Shown one piece after another: positions 1 through 12,661 of a stretch of 64,000 nt of DNA. Below the pieces are notes generated by a model. The model had not been told where the DNA came from. It searched no databases and worked only from the letters and a program-made list of their open reading frames with translations. Position numbers and translations under genes: made by a program. This DNA comes from Tubiluchus corallicola (lineage: Eukaryota > Animalia > Priapulida): the NCBI GenBank assembly GCA_030141605.1, contig JAQGDQ010000105.1, positions 186,001-250,000 on the forward strand. Reading direction: 5' to 3'. How positions within the stretch are numbered: position 1 is the stretch's first letter; each line of letters begins with the position of its first letter.

Positions 1-615
1 ATATAACGTATAAACAGTTTATTTAACCTATAGGTATAATTATAATAATGTTATAACTAACACCAAATATATACGGATAGTGGATATATTATACATGTAA
101 TATATATTATGTATTAGTAATATTTACATAACTGCAGAACAACCCTTAGTTGGACAACAGTTATTTTTCCTTCGAAACTTAAAACTTGGCCATTTTATTG
201 ATTACGTATTTTTATTGATTATTCCAAATAATTAGGCGCCTTTAGCAAACTACCAACAGTATAATGTGTGCCTATATGAGCAGTTATACATAATTGATTT
301 TAGTTAATCATAATAGAAATAATTGTAACTGAGGTTTATTTGCAAGTGAGACTGACAGTCTGGTACACGTATAATACAAACTTTGAGGTTTAAGCACGTG
401 ACTGCGAGTGGAACTTTTCTGCAGTTCATTTATTAGAAACATTTGTAAAGCTCTAGTTAGCCACTTTGAAAAATGCCCCCTCCCCTCCACAAAAAAACAA
501 AAATTTTCTGGAGCGGGATGAAATAATCGCTTCGTAATTTGCAGATGTGATTTTGATTGTGAAGATGAAATTCTGAAAGTATACATTGGATTCAACATGC
601 ACTGATTCATTTGCA

Positions 616-1434
616 ATGAGGACAACGAACGCATGCTTTATCTTTGCTGTTTTAGTAAACTCGTGCGTTTCTGAAATGTCCATTGTTGATCTTAGTCATG
701 ATTACACCCATGAGGGCATGGTCTACTATCCCACACGTGACGTCATTAGACCATTCACAATGACAAAAGCACTAAGAGGTAGAAACAAAAAAGGCGTGTA
801 TTGGGAAGTGAACAACTTCTGTACAGGAGAACATACAGGGACACATATGGATGCACCAAGGCACTCAATACCCGGAGGAAGAAGTATCGACCAACTGAGA
901 CTAGAAGAATTAATTGGCGAAGCAGTTAATTTGGACATCAGTGGTAAAACAATGAAAAATGCAGATTACCAGTGCACTGTAAAGGATATTAAGGACTGGG
1001 AGAAGCGATATGGTGAAATACCACGAGGTAGTTTCTTCTTTTTGAGTACTGGTTGGCACAAATACTGGCCAGACAAGATTAAATATATAGGTAGTAATGC
1101 TACTCAAACAAACCGTGATCTCCATTTTCCCGGAATTCACCCAAAAGCCGCCAAATGGCTGATCGAGCAGCGAAAGATCAAAATGTACGGAGTGGACTGC
1201 ATTTCTGTAGACTATGGACAGACATCTATGCACGATGTTCACCGAATACTACTTTCGGCAGATATCCCAGTCTTAGAAAATGTTGCCAATCTTAATAAGT
1301 TACCCCCAACAGGCGGAAAAGTTCACGCTATTCCAATGAGAATAAAAGAAGGAAGTGGTGCACCAGCGAGAGTTTACGCACTCTTAGATGACGCATTCAA
1401 AGAATGCAATCTGCTCAAAGACACATGCAGTTAA
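616..1434 (+). CDS. Cyclase-family metal-dependent hydrolase (kynurenine formamidase KynB / isatin hydrolase-like), probably secreted; single coding exon
   Basis: ORF contains the family motif HTGTHMDAPRH (HxGTHxDxPxH), plus IVDLSH, TGW, HFPGI, GVDCISVD, HRILL..LENVANL and GSGAPARV. The first ATG is at 616 (the track start at 586 is TTG) and is followed by a hydrophobic signal-like stretch MRTTNACFIFAVLVNSCVS. Confidence 0.92.
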   Translation: MRTTNACFIFAVLVNSCVSEMSIVDLSHDYTHEGMVYYPTRDVIRPFTMTKALRGRNKKGVYWEVNNFCTGEHTGTHMDAPRHSIPGGRSIDQLRLEELIGEAVNLDISGKTMKNADYQCTVKDIKDWEKRYGEIPRGSFFFLSTGWHKYWPDKIKYIGSNATQTNRDLHFPGIHPKAAKWLIEQRKIKMYGVDCISVDYGQTSMHDVHRILLSADIPVLENVANLNKLPPTGGKVHAIPMRIKEGSGAPARVYALLDDAFKECNLLKDTCS

Positions 1435-1750
1435 GCAAAGAAAATGCGATATTGCGGTTTTATAATAACCACTGTTTGTTAAATTGACATAGTTGCTTCA
1501 TGTTTATCGCAGTACTAGTTAGCAAAAGATAATTACTTGCCAGCAAGGTTTATTTGTCTCAATAGTGTTACCACTATTATTCAATGTAGTAAAGCCGTTA
1601 TCAAACTCGGTTTTTAATGCTGAAAATACAAATGCTATTTTTTGTTTTAGATGCAGCACTAGTGACAATTGAGTTAGCCTGTTACCTTTTTACTGACTAC
1701 TCTTTATGATCTACATTACCTGTAGAAATTCTGAAATAGTTATCATAGCA

Positions 1751-1751
<1 letters not shown>

Positions 1752-1787
<36 letters not shown>

Positions 1788-4700
1788 GAAGAAGAAGAAT
1801 AATCGTTTATTTATCTTGTAACACACGCACAGTTATAATACAATTAATTTGGTAACAAAAATGTGAAGAAAGGGCAGCGAAAGACCAATTGGTCATCTAG
1901 TCAGCTGCCCTTTGGTTAGTGATGAACATTTTTATAGGCTCTATACTACAGTGTATTAGTGTTAGTACTGCTTATAATAAAAACTAAATTGTTGCGAATG
2001 ACATTAAATTGATATGCTTATAACGTGTTAGTACAATTCATACACAGTAATAATAAGTGCATAATAAAAAAATCAAACTGAAAATAACTGAAATAAGAAC
2101 TGAAACAAAAACTGAAATAAAAATCTGACAACAGAAACATAATAACAATGGCAACTGAAATTTACTTTATAACACAAGCATAATTCTTAGACATAAGCAA
2201 GCGAATGTATAATGGAGTCATAATATGTCATAATAATGTAAAAAAATACAAAGCGAATTTTGATGATCTGAGGTAAAATAAATAGGCAGATAGTTAAAGC
2301 ACAAAAAATTACCTGTATGACTGCATGAGGAGATTGACAATTGGAGTCCAGACTTTGAAAATGATCTACAGAAGTTAGACAATAAACAATTAAATATTGA
2401 AGTTAATTGAACCTGCTATAACAGTAACTGCTCTTGCACGCAGTTAGACAATTTATTATAGTGGGTAAAAGGAATAAAAGTTGTTGCAAAATACTGTACG
2501 CTTATATGTAGTTAATCTCGGTAATAAGTTTGCAAGAGTTGAAATTTATATAACTTACTCAAGTGACAGATACTAGTTCATTGCTTAAGATCATCTGAAA
2601 GAGTATTCCATAGAATAGTACCATTATGTTTTAAAGTCTGTAGACCTTTTGTTGTGCTAAATCTTTCCTGAAAATAGTTTTGTTTGGTAGCTGCTCTCGT
2701 AGAATACTGGTGAACGTCTCTAATCTTTTTGAAATAATTGCCCCCTTTTTATAGTTGAACATGAATTTCGCTAACTCAAGCTTATGAATTTCATTAATTT
2801 TTAATAATTGCAAAGCATAATAGGAAGGGGTAGCATGATCTCGGAACCCAGCAAAAGTCATTGTTTTGATAATTTTGTTATGTGCTGCTGTAAGTGGTTT
2901 CAGAACAGATTTTTTGCTGTGCCCCATGATAAGATACAATAGTTAATGTGTGGGTACACAATGGCAAAGTAAATCATTTTTAGTATATCCGTGCTCAAGT
3001 AATGCCTCAATTTAAAAAATATACCTGTAACTTTTACTTACTTTGTAGGTAATATTTTTTACGTGTGTTGACCAATTAAGGGTGTCGTCTATGTAGACGC
3101 CCAGATATTTTATGTCTGATACTTGTTCCAATAAACAGTCTTGCATGGATACTGTTATAATGGAGTTTTCATTGTTTTCAAATTTGTTTCTTATGATCAT
3201 AAATTTTGTTTTATTATACTTTACTGTTAACTTATTTGTACGCATCCATGTGTTAATTTTGATCAGTTCTTCATTACTTCTAAGCTCAAGATTATGCGTG
3301 TCGTTGTCTGCTAAGAAGAGGTTAGTGTCATCAGCAAAAAGTTGTGTTTGCATGTTAGTACAAAGAGGGAGGTCATTTATATATGTCATGAAAAATAGTG
3401 GACCCAAGGTGGATCCTTGAGGTACACCACATTGTATTGGGCATAGGTCAGAGGCAAAATTGTCAACTACCGTAAATTGGTGTCTGTTCGTAAGATATGA
3501 CTGGAATAGTTTTTGCGTGATTCCACGGATACCATAATAGTCCATTTTGTTGAGTAAAATGTCGTGTTGAACGGTGTCAAAAGCTTTTGTTAAATCAAGA
3601 AAGATGCCGCAGGTAAGTAATTTATTGTCTAGGTTTGTCAGAAGATTGTCTATGATTTCAGCAGTTGCTAATATTGTGGAATGATTTTTGCGGAAACCGA
3701 ATTGAAAACACGATATTGTATCATTTTTGATTGAATATGTCATCAGGGGTTTATATAAGATTGACTCGAAAATTTTGGCAATGGGTGATATGAGTGAGAT
3801 GGGTCGGTAGTTGTTCAGCTCATTTGGATCATCTTTTTTATATATGGGGATTACTTTTGCCAGTTTTATATATGGAGTGTCGGTGAACGTCCCAGTCAGA
3901 ATTGACGCATTAAACAGATTTGTAAGCGGAGTTAAAATTATGTTTTTTGACATTTTGAAATATGTAATTGGGATGTCATAAGGGCCTTTTGCTTTATTGG
4001 GATCTAGTCTATCAATAGCTTGAGAAATCTCGATTTCGCTAACTGGTGTGATATAGAAAGAATTTTCTTGGGGATGCATTAAATAGTCTGTATACTTACA
4101 GTTTTCGGGTTGTGTTATGCGTGATGCTAGTGATATACCAATGTTTGCAAAAAAAACTGTTAAAAGCATTAGGTTTATGGTGCGGGTCACGTGAAGTCGT
4201 GCCTTGGTAACGAACTTTAGTTGGCATTATACTAGCTGTCTTTTTTTTTATTTTAAGAAGTTCATTGATAGTGCTCCAAGTTTGTTTCATGTTATTTTTG
4301 TTTGCAAGCAAGATCTGAGAGTAATACTTCTTTTTGGATGCATGTTTGATGTGATTAAGTTTGTTAGAATATGTTTTATATAAATTTTGCTTATACAGCG
4401 AGTTGGATAACTTGTGTGTTGTATACATACGGCTTCTTATTTTAATAGAATTGAGAATGCCGGGAGTGATCCATGGTTTAGCTATAGTTTTTGAGTTTTT
4501 CCTTGATAACGTTTGGAGTGGGGCATGTTTGTCAAGTAATGTTTTAAACGAGTCCATGAATTGTGAGCAGTAAGAGTGTATGTCTGCTTCGCCATCATTC
4601 AGTGTTAGGTTACTTATATTAACTTGAAGCTCGCTTAAAAAGTTACCTTGATTGAATGATCTCGTACATCTGACTGATTTTTTAATGTTGTTGTGCAGGA

Positions 4701-5900
4701 GATTGGTATTTCTTATAATGGCAAATACTGGCAAGTGGTCCGCAATGGGGTTAGTAATGATGCCAGATGTGATGGGTGTAGAAAGATTATTAGTATAAAT
4801 ATGATCAATTAGGGTTTGTGACGTTGCAGTAATTCTAGTTGGTCGCGTGATAATTGGTGTAAATTGATTTGAGAAAAGCATGTTGAGATACTTATTAATA
4901 AATGGTTTGTGATCATGTTGATGTAAATCTATATTAATGTCTCCACATATATAAGCTGGTTTGCCTGTGGAGTTAATAGTGCAAAGAACTGATTCTAATT
5001 CGTCATGAAAATGTTCGACTGGGGTGTTTGGATGCCTATATATTACTCCAGATATAAAAGATTTTTTGTTATCGGTGGAAGCAATTTCAAGCCACAAGTG
5101 CTAGTCTACTAGTTGTACTAATCCCATTAACAATAACACTTTTACAAGTTCTTATTTTGTATTCAGGTTTAATTTTAAAATTGAGGCTAGATTTTACATA
5201 CACACCTTCGCCACCAGCAGCTGTATTGGAATCATAGTGTAAGAAAGAATATCCTGGTATATTACACAAAAAAGGGTCAGATTCGTGAATTCTGGTTTCC
5301 GAGATCGTTATCAACTCAGGCATTTTTTTGAAATCGTGTTAATGTATCAGTCATGTCTGAATAGTATTTCCTCAAACTTGATGTGTTAAAGTGTATTATA
5401 AATGTGTCATTGTTTGCTTTATCTGTGGATTTATCACTACTCAGATTTGCAAGATTAATGTATTTGCTGTCATACTGAAGTCTATAATTGTCGATGTCTG
5501 TATCATCTCTATTACAGTGGACTAGCGAAGAAGAGTCAAAAATTGATGAAAAGCAAGATAAATTTTTTACAAAATTAGAAAATTGATAGTGATTAGCCAT
5601 TTCCATAAATTCATCATCATCAATGAACTGCAAAGGAAGCACATCATTAATGCATTGCTTGCAGAAGTAACTGTCATTAGAACTTGCTAAGTTTACAAAA
5701 TCATGATGAGACAACATTGTACACTTTAGATGTGTCCAGAGGGAACACACATCACATTGAATTGAGTTTTGATTTGCTTTGCAAGTTCTATTACACTTAG
5801 TACTATTAAGGCTAACCATTACAATGGGTTATTGATTGAAACGAGTGAAGAAGTGATTAGTGTTTTAATTTATCTACATCATCTACCAATAACACAGGTT
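1752..5900 (-). mobile_element. CR1/L2-group (Crack/Daphne-like) non-LTR retrotransposon, near full length, frameshifted
   Basis: Consecutive minus-strand ORF pieces give PHD, APE and RT domains. These are followed by a ~750-bp 3' UTR with a hairpin (1869-1913), AATAAA and a (TTC)/(TTA)n tail at 1752-1800. The 5' boundary is uncertain and may reach ~7700. Confidence 0.9.
2560..5819 (-). pseudogene. LINE pol ORF (PHD finger + AP endonuclease + reverse transcriptase) broken by frameshifts near 5320, 5090, 4150 and 3010
   Basis: PHD: IQCDVCSLWTHLKC..YFCKQC (5316-5819). APE: ITISET, VIYRHP, CGDINID, PTRIT..LIDHIYTN, ADHLPV. RT: NYRPISLISPIAKIFE, QFGFR, FLDLTKAFDTV, GVPQGSTLGP, FADDT, KYLGV. Confidence 0.9.
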
Positions 5901-6063
5901 GCCTCCTGACACTGTGCACCAGATCACAAATGTCAACAACTAAACCCATTAACTTACAACCAGTTATCCGACTAATAAGTCCAACAATCGACTAGTACAA
6001 TCTAGCACTGAGCCAATAAAAAACCAACCAACTACCGACCATCTGATCAACCAGTTAGCTGAC

Positions 6064-7128
6064 CGGTGCTAGGCGTTTTCGACACAAGTTATTTTGACCT
6101 AGGCTATATGGACACATAGGACATTTGGACACAAGGATATTTGAGCACATAGGTTCATTTGGACACATGGGCCATTTAGACATATAGGACATTTCGACAC
6201 AATGGCATTTCGACACAAGGAGATTTGAACACGTAGGACATTTCGACGCAAGGACATTTCGACACACGACATTTCAACACAAGGACAGCTGAACAAATTT
6301 GGATACAGGCAAAAATTTGTTATATGATGTTGTTACAAGAAACAGTACAGTGCCTTATATGTATAGCACTAGGCAGCTCAGTGATTACCATATTCTGACC
6401 TTATGAAAAATTTCATCGTTTACAAGGATCCTATTTAATGGAATAACTTGGCATTTGACATCAAATATCGGTCGTGTTTTAAAAAGAAAATAAAAATCAT
6501 ACTACATGTACAATATTTTTATAATGCCAAATAATATTTATTGTACATTTTTTATTTTTATTATTGGAATATTTTGTTTTAGTAAATGTGGTCTTATAAA
6601 GCTGGTGACTTAGCGGCCAGTCATAATTGTTTTATTTGTATTATGAAAATGGTGTATTTTATCGATCATAAACCTATTTTTAGGTCAAATTTTTATTATT
6701 TATTAACGATTCATTTTCACTTTTATCTTCATTTACTTAATATACATTTATTAAAGTAAATCCAGTATTGTGCGTATGAATGTTTTTATAGCAATAAACC
6801 AAACTAAACAAAATTAACAAAACCTGAAAGCGCACTTTAGCACACAGTGACTAAACAGTGACTGAATTCAAGTTACCAACGTGTCTAAATGTCCTATGTC
6901 AAAAATACTAGTGCTCAATTGTTCTATGTATCCAAAACTCCTAGTGCAAACAGCAACGCTATGTGTCTAAATGTCCTTGTGTCCAAATGTCCTATGCGTG
7001 GAAATGTCCTTGTGTCGAAATGTCCTATGTGTCTAAATGTCCTGTGTGTCCAAATGTCTTTGTGTCGAAATGTCCTCTGAGTCCAAATGTCTTGTGGGGA
7101 AATGTCTGTATTGAAATGTCTGCACTCC
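6064..7128. mobile_element. Foldback-type non-autonomous DNA element with inverted arrays of a 16-17 bp unit
   Basis: Left array of GGACATTT(C/G)GACACA(T)A at ~6075-6290 and reverse-complement array TGTGTC(C/G)AAATGTCC at ~6880-7120, around a ~600-bp AT-rich core. No clear TSD. Confidence 0.7.
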
Positions 7129-8299
7129 TAACCGTGCACTTAGACACTAGCCATCCGTCAGACCAACTGGCCAACTGCCTGTCTATGTACAGACAACTGT
7201 AGCAGCATTAGTGACAATTTGGTACCGCTCAAATAGCTTGTTCTTGATGGGCTAACAACTAGCAAGTCAAGAACATATCACTGTGTTGTCAAACAGTAGG
7301 TGGCAGCAAGAAGTTATCGTGGGTTACTGCTAGCGACTCGCTAACCAGGCTTCCTGCTATATCCACCCATACATGCCAGCTTACTAAATAAAAACTCAAC
7401 GGAAATAGAAGTAAACCGAGAAAAAAGATAAACGATAAAAAAACGGGAATGGGGTCAGTAAGATATGGGACATCGAAAAAAGGGAGATAAAAAGGAAAGA
7501 AAAGAAACTAGAAAAATGGAAGCAAGAAAATAAGGAGCTCAAAATTATAAGAAACAAAAGGCTATCGAGTGACTATTAGGACTACTAACTTAAAATTAGA
7601 ACAATAAGAGTGAAACAAAAATGTTAATGCAAGAAAAAATGTAAAGTTGAAAGACAGAGAGACAGCATGGAAGAAAGAAAAAGAAACATTTTTTCATTTC
7701 GCTATAGTCATCAAAAGCTACATTATCCATAGATACAGCAGCCAGCCTTCAATCCAATACCTGAACTCGGTTTCCGTGACATTAATATCCTTCTAATTTA
7801 AAAAAAGTTCGCGTGGGTTATCAAGGTTTAACTCTTTTGAAGTTCAGTCGCTCTAATCGCCCTTACGTATATTGATTAATATTTCGTATCATTCACTTTT
7901 CACTAATGACGCAATATATATATAGCTTGTTGAATTTTGTGGAATGTGTGTTAACAGCATAGGGCGACAAGCTCTTTTTCGCAAAACTAACACGATCTAG
8001 GCGGTAATTCATCGATTTTCTGTAAAATAATGATTATCAGCGGTGTCGCCTTAGCTTTTATCAATTGATTCGCATGAATGCCCATAGTTTTCTCTTCTAT
8101 TGTTATATCGACTTTTCGTCAGAAATTTTGAAGAAAGCCACAGTGTCAGTATAGTTCTGTGCGGTATTTATGCTGCTGTCGTATTTACAGATTCGGGCAC
8201 TTTATAATTAATAATTTGACTATTATAAAAATTTAATACAAACGAGTTTTATAGTTGTCCAATTATCAAGAATCGAAAAATGATTCTTATGATTTATAC

Positions 8300-8720
8300 G
8301 TATATTGCGTCAGTTTTGTGATAAGTTAGCAGTCGAGTCTGAAAAACATGTTTTATTGCATTGTCCCTTTTATGATGATATTCGCATTTTGTTGTTTCAG
8401 TGTCCAAGCGCAAAAATCAATAATTTTAGTGAGTTCAACGATAATGATAAATTACGTCAGATACTGTCAGGTGATATTTGTTTAAAAGAATGTGCCAAAA
8501 CTAATGCTGGAAAGAATAAAGATTTTTAACTAATGTGTATTAACGTTTGTTTACTGACTGTTTTAATTTATATGTAAAATGTTTGTTTTTAATGATTTTT
8601 AAGGTGTCTCATGACTTTGCCGATAGAGTGGCTTTTATGTTTACTGTAACTGTGCGTACTATCGTGTTTTACATTGTTGTAAAATGAAAGGGGACACTAT
8701 AGTAAACAAACAATACTATA
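8300..8720 (+). mobile_element. 5'-truncated non-LTR retrotransposon 3' end (C-terminal CCHC zinc finger and 3' UTR)
   Basis: Translation (C>R)QFCDKLAVESEKHVLLHCPFYDDIR matches the CxxC..ExxxHxLLxCxxYxxxR motif at LINE ORF2 C-termini; it is followed by a T-rich UTR-like segment. Confidence 0.7.
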
Positions 8721-9140
8721 GAATAATTATATTTTATGTAGAATGCATGATCTAATAAACTTAATTTAAAACACACGTAAGCAGAAACTTGTTTAAGGTA
8801 ACATAAATCGTTATTTGTTACTAAGTGGGATGGATTTCGATATATAACGCAGTATCCTACGCATATTTCGGCCTAATCCTGTTATGCTGTGTGTGTGGGA
8901 CTGCAATTTCACTATAAACTTAGCTGGAAGTGAAAACAGGGGAATTTACAACACTACCGCCATAAGGTGAAGTAAAGTGCCACATTTCTGTCTCGCCTAG
9001 TCGCACTTTTATGGCACCAACAATAAAATAATGCACGAACGTTCGGGGCCAATATTACAAACTGTTCAGTGAGGACAGAGTCAGATGTATTAGTTATTAA
9101 TTTTTTTACATAGCATCGTGACCAAGACTGAGCTTAGCTA

Positions 9141-9190
9141 CCAGAATTAAGCAACGTTTTGGGTGGTTAGTAAATGGATGAGTGATTGTT
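9141..9190 (+). repeat. Degenerate 5S rRNA-derived fragment (SINE3 head or 5S pseudogene)
   Basis: CCAGAATTAAGCAACGTTTTGGGTGGTTAGTAAATGGATGAGTGA resembles the 5S internal control region (GAAGTTAAGCA..GGTTAGTACTTGGATGGG.GAC). Confidence 0.5.
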
Positions 9191-9992
9191 AAGAAAATTG
9201 TTCCTACAATCATTTATCTCGTTGAAAGAAAGTATGTATACGTCTCTTTCAGTTCAGTATCTCGTCTTAGTTGCAGTGTTCGGAACAGCACAAAACATTG
9301 TTATATGAAGGCCAGTTCTATGGACATGCAGTTTTGATAAAGTGAGAGAACATTGACCAACAGTCACCAACCATTTTCGTTTATAAATAAAACTTGTTAT
9401 TTGAACAAATTAGCGAAATAAAAAAGCAACGACAATGTGGATAATGGCGATTTGTACCGCTATAAACAGCGTGCTATAGTCGACGAAATTTATTCTAATG
9501 GTTAGTTTTCGTTTCTGAAAACCAAAATTAAATTTTGATGTTGAAAAGCGATAACGAAAACGGTTATGCCAGATGCGAGAACATGTCTGTGGAACTGGTG
9601 ACGTGTATCGCAAATAGCGGCCGACCAGCAAGTGACAACATGGCATTTGTTAGTACATGCAGTTCGTGCTAGAAAGCCTAAGGGGGTTATGACTGTTAAA
9701 AGGAAAAGAGAGAGTGGGGTAGTAGAAAAGGGCAGTAATAAAAACAATGTTTGGCTGAAAGTAGTTAGGTGGGTTTTGGATTTCTTCTTCATAGTTTACA
9801 AATTTTTATTTGCGCGCAAACACAAATAGACAAGACAAAAGACGTATTTATTGGAGTATTCACGAGGAACTTGAAAGCTAAGTTTCGGCTGCTATTCCTT
9901 AACTCTTAGCCTTTCAAGCGCAGCCAACTGTGAGTAGCTAAGTTGTACCCTGCAAACTCACAGCCCTGACACTGCATCTATGGCAACTAAAA

Positions 9993-10141
9993 TAACTCAA
10001 AACTATGTAAATGCAATATACGCGATTGCTATAATTTGTACCGTATCTTTCATCTTACCTGAAGTTTTAATTCAGAAATATGTAAATGCAATATACACTA
10101 CTGTTATAATTTGTACCCCAATTTTTATCTTAGCTGAAATT
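9993..10141. repeat. Two-copy ~75-bp tandem duplication
   Basis: TATGTAAATGCAATATAC...TATAATTTGTACC...ATCTTA.CTGAA occurs twice. Confidence 0.75.
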
Positions 10142-11379
10142 CTCAAATGGGCTGCATTATTATGATTAGTATAAACTGAAATAGTTGCAAAAAATTATAT
10201 GGGCACACAATGTTCTCAAAGAGCTGTTTTTTGAGCCGCCTTGATCAAGTGGAAAAAGTTTGTGGGCATAATTATAGCTCTAGTGTCTTTTTTTAAAATT
10301 ATGCTAATGGTTAATTTTCGTTACATATTAAAGCCATCGAAATATCGATCAACAAATTTCATATCTAATAGCTAAAGAACAACACCATTGTAGTTTCTTT
10401 CCTTGCATGTTGTTTAGAGTTCGTGTAAGAGAATCGTAAAGTCAACAACCTTATCACGAACAGCACCTTTGTCATCTTCGCATTGAAAGGAAAATAATCA
10501 TTTCGACCCCTTCAACAGCTTTTTTCAAACTGTTGCGAGGTAACTCCTCCTGAATATAATTCACAATTTTCTTCACACACTTCTCGACAAGGCTTACTAA
10601 ATGCGATGTTTGTGACCTAACACATAATCAAGGACATTGCGCCAGGCGAGCCACTGAACCAGCCGAGGTGCCTTGGCCACATTCGAATATATAATCATCC
10701 TTCCTCTAAAATTAATATTATTTAATATCAGTAATAACGTTGTAGCTTATAGGTTTTTTACTATATGCAACTAACAGCGCTATGATCACGATATCTAGCG
10801 TTGAAGAAATACATAACGGAAAACGCGCGTAAAAACACAGTAAGTCACGTCAGCTATAATTTCGGAAAAAAACATGCTTTACGAACACAATATAATTCCC
10901 GACCGCAAAGCCCACTCCGCAGGGCTTCTGCTAATAAGCAAAGATGGGAAACCTTTCAGTCGGCATTTTTATCTGTAAAGTCTGTATTCTCGCCAGGTAT
11001 TCTCCTAATTGGTAATCAGTACTGTCCCGGACGGAATTGTTTTATGGCATTTCGCAATTTCGGAATTGTTATCAACACGTAGTTGTGACATGTAACAAAG
11101 AAGGCCTACTCTTCAAAAAAGGTACATTGATCTAATCTTCTGAAATTTTACCACGTGACTAAATCTTTGGATTCTTGTAAATTTGCTAGCGAAACTCAAA
11201 TTTTGACAGACCGGTTGTTATAAATACTTAACTCTCTCCAACACTTGTTCCTAGGGAGTTTGTGGGAATGTGTGTACCTCATCAAGTTCGGCGAGGCTAA
11301 CAAATCGAAATCTGAAAACACAGATCGCTACAGGCATTACTCTGTGTCTATCTATTTACTCACTCTCTCTTTCCCACGG

Positions 11380-11620
<241 letters not shown>

Positions 11621-11984
11621 CCTCTGTTTTTTCTATATCACTTTTCAGTAAATTACTGTAATTCTGATGTTGAATGTGAAAGCTACTCCTGTCCCACCAG
11701 CAATAAAATGTATGCCTATGAATAGCCTGCTAAGTAATTCCCCGAATTTTAGATCATTCAATCATTGTTATCATTATTGCCCAATAAGTAGCCTAGAATG
11801 TATTAGTTGCGAAAACCAGACAAAGATTAGTTACTTATTTAATCTTAAACAACTCCAAAGTAACGTGAAATTTATGCCTACAATTACAGAATTAAATTTA
11901 GCCATTTTGTACCGCCTTGTCACAGACTAAAAGTCAAGACAGGACGTTGGCATAGTCCCGTATTAGTCCGGTTAAAATAAGGTA

Positions 11985-12661
11985 TGAACCATACAAAAAT
12001 AGCCTAAAGCTGAATTTTTGCACAAACACCCATAAAGTCGTCTGGTATAACACATCCAAAATCCCCTGAAATCCACTTTGAGCGAAAAAGGTATGGGGCT
12101 TTAAATCAACTAAAAAACCTAGACTGCATTAATGTATTACCAGCTGATATAAAAGTATATATTGTTCTATGTGCAAAATAATGTTTCAAGATCATTCAAG
12201 GTCAAGATCATTCAAAATTGCTACAGGGTGCCGATTTGAAGTCAAAGTGACTCAAATGCGAAGCACGAAATAAGCAGTAAGTAAGCAAATATACGCATTT
12301 TTATATCAGTTGATAATACATTTGCAATCTAAAATAATTGACTATTTAATCTAAAATGTTTTCTAGTTGAATAATTTTAACTTTGATGTAGTTTTGGTGA
12401 CCACTTTGAGTGATTTTGACCTTGAATGTGCTTGAAACACTATTTTTCTGATAGACCATATGCACTTTTATACTGGTAATACATTTTATGCGATCTTTAA
12501 TGCTACCTAGTTGCGTCGTTTTGGCTTTAAAACTGTATTAACGACCATTTTTAATTAAAAGTCCCATAAATGGATTTCAGGGGATTATGGGTATGTTATT
12601 CTGTACGACTTTTTGGGTATCTATGCGAAGATTCAGCTTTACACAATTTTTGTACGGGTCA
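11985..12661. mobile_element. Palindromic MITE-like element with ~235-bp diverged inverted arms
   Basis: 11985-12217 aligns with the reverse complement of 12405-12661 (e.g. ATCCCCTGAAATCCA / TGGATTTCAGGGGAT; CATTCAAGGTCAA / TTGACCTTGAATG). Confidence 0.8.

Noticed and set aside
586-615. ORF-track start of the cyclase gene at 586
   Set aside because: The codon is TTG; the first ATG at 616 directly precedes the signal-like segment.
6055-7202. Cys-rich ORFs (SKCPMC repeats); also a CRISPR-like appearance
   Set aside because: These are translations of 16-17 bp tandem repeats. There are no unique spacers and no cas genes, and the context is eukaryotic.
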